A DNA stretch of 64,000 bases from Takakia lepidozioides. Its lineage: Eukaryota > Plantae > Bryophyta. A program made the position numbers and the translations under genes. Shown piece after piece: positions 63,301 through 64,000 of this stretch; positions within the stretch are counted from its first letter, which is position 1, and every line of letters starts with the position of its first letter. Below the pieces are notes generated by a model, which was not told the origin of the DNA, made no database searches, and saw only the letters and a program-made list of their open reading frames with translations. Where the stretch lies: positions 10,168,001 through 10,232,000 of the forward strand of contig CM060734.1 of the NCBI GenBank assembly GCA_030704615.1. The letters run 5' to 3'.

Positions 63301-64000
63301 TGCAGAAGGATTCCCAGCTTCGTTAATGGTTTAATTTGGCTTGGAACAACTTGGCCAAAGAGAAATTGGGCCCTGATGATATTTTCTATAAGAGACATGA
63401 AGCCTGGAAATACTTACACTGTTCCAAAGTCATTGGCACACCTCTCACCTATACGGCCAAGGAGTTCAGGGAGTTCTCTCATTTTGCTTGCAAGCGATTA
63501 AAGCAAGTAGTACAGTTTAAGCTTCCAGACATGGTGGGCCAACACTGTATGCCACGTAGGATTCCTGAGGAGCCACTTAAAGTTCGGCCACCGAAACACC
63601 TCAAGGGGGGAAATGATTATGATACTACTGGTTCTACAGAGGAACCTTTTGACATGGCGGAGAACTATGCACTCCAGATGGCAGAGAAGAAACGACGGGG
63701 ATCTCCTATGCCTGAGAGGTTACCTCGTTATCAACCACAGGAGGGTCAGACATTTCCATTTGGTGATCAATCGCCTCCATCAGCCAGTGACAGGGCTCGG
63801 GCTCGCACACAGAGCCCTCCAAATGACTCTCACCGTCAGAAGGGTGCTCGCTCACAAAGGTTTGCTGATCCTAAACAGTAAACTGTGAGGACACAGCTTT
63901 TTGAGAGGGGGGAGGGGTAATGTTAGAGGGCTGTTTGGGACGTAGACACTTTTATGGGTTCTGTGGGGTACCCTTAATTTTTGCGCAGACTTACGGATGG
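57320..64000 (+). mobile_element. 5'-truncated Athila-like Gypsy element: RT end, RH, IN, long extra ORF, PPT (63903-63917) and start of 3' LTR (63921)
   Basis: FLGQTSYYRRF, YCDASGEALG, VDHQAL, HHCC, SDQGSHF, GNGQAEATNK; no additional RNase H seen; GAGAGGGGGGAGGGG-TAA-TG. Confidence 0.85.
60340..63881 (+). pseudogene. Decayed extra 3' ORF (env-like position) of the Athila-like element
   Basis: ORFs 59896-60780, 60781-61155, 61186-62166 and 62212-62595 share one frame; 62754-63326 and 63336-63881 share another. N-terminal IQFIQNF..QVRRVDIEITPQYLQQLFDLP resembles plant-transposon extra-ORF domains; coiled-coil middle. Confidence 0.65.

Overview
Eukaryotic land-plant genomic DNA, most likely a non-flowering plant (inferred from gene content, not proven). 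A small island of host genes (Abraxas/BRISC-like, F-box/kelch, DREB2-type AP2/ERF, a decayed PPR gene) lies among nested Ty3/Gypsy retrotransposons. The main result is a Gypsy family present as two near-full copies (1-10184 on +, 5' end outside the window; 43883-54199 on -) plus four remnants. (i) It encodes a DNMT3-like C5 cytosine methyltransferase between protease and RT and a PHD finger after the DDE integrase. (ii) Gag-PR-DNMT and RT-RH-IN-PHD are separated by a conserved UAG-CAA-CCA (CARYYA-type) readthrough stop. (iii) It has no tRNA PBS; a 17-nt self-complementary site sits at the PBS position instead. (iv) It has split/permuted terminal repeats (A...ORFs...B-gc-A-B, or A...ORFs...B) whose integration ends lie at an internal palindrome GACAGCTGTC, with 4-bp TSDs. 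This layout suggests integration from circular 1-LTR/2-LTR cDNA, which is my inference. The window also holds decayed chromoviruses with a Met-tRNA PBS and a chromodomain, an Athila-like element with a long extra 3' ORF, and a solo LTR with a 5-bp TSD. All coordinates and alignments were read by eye; no database searches were run.
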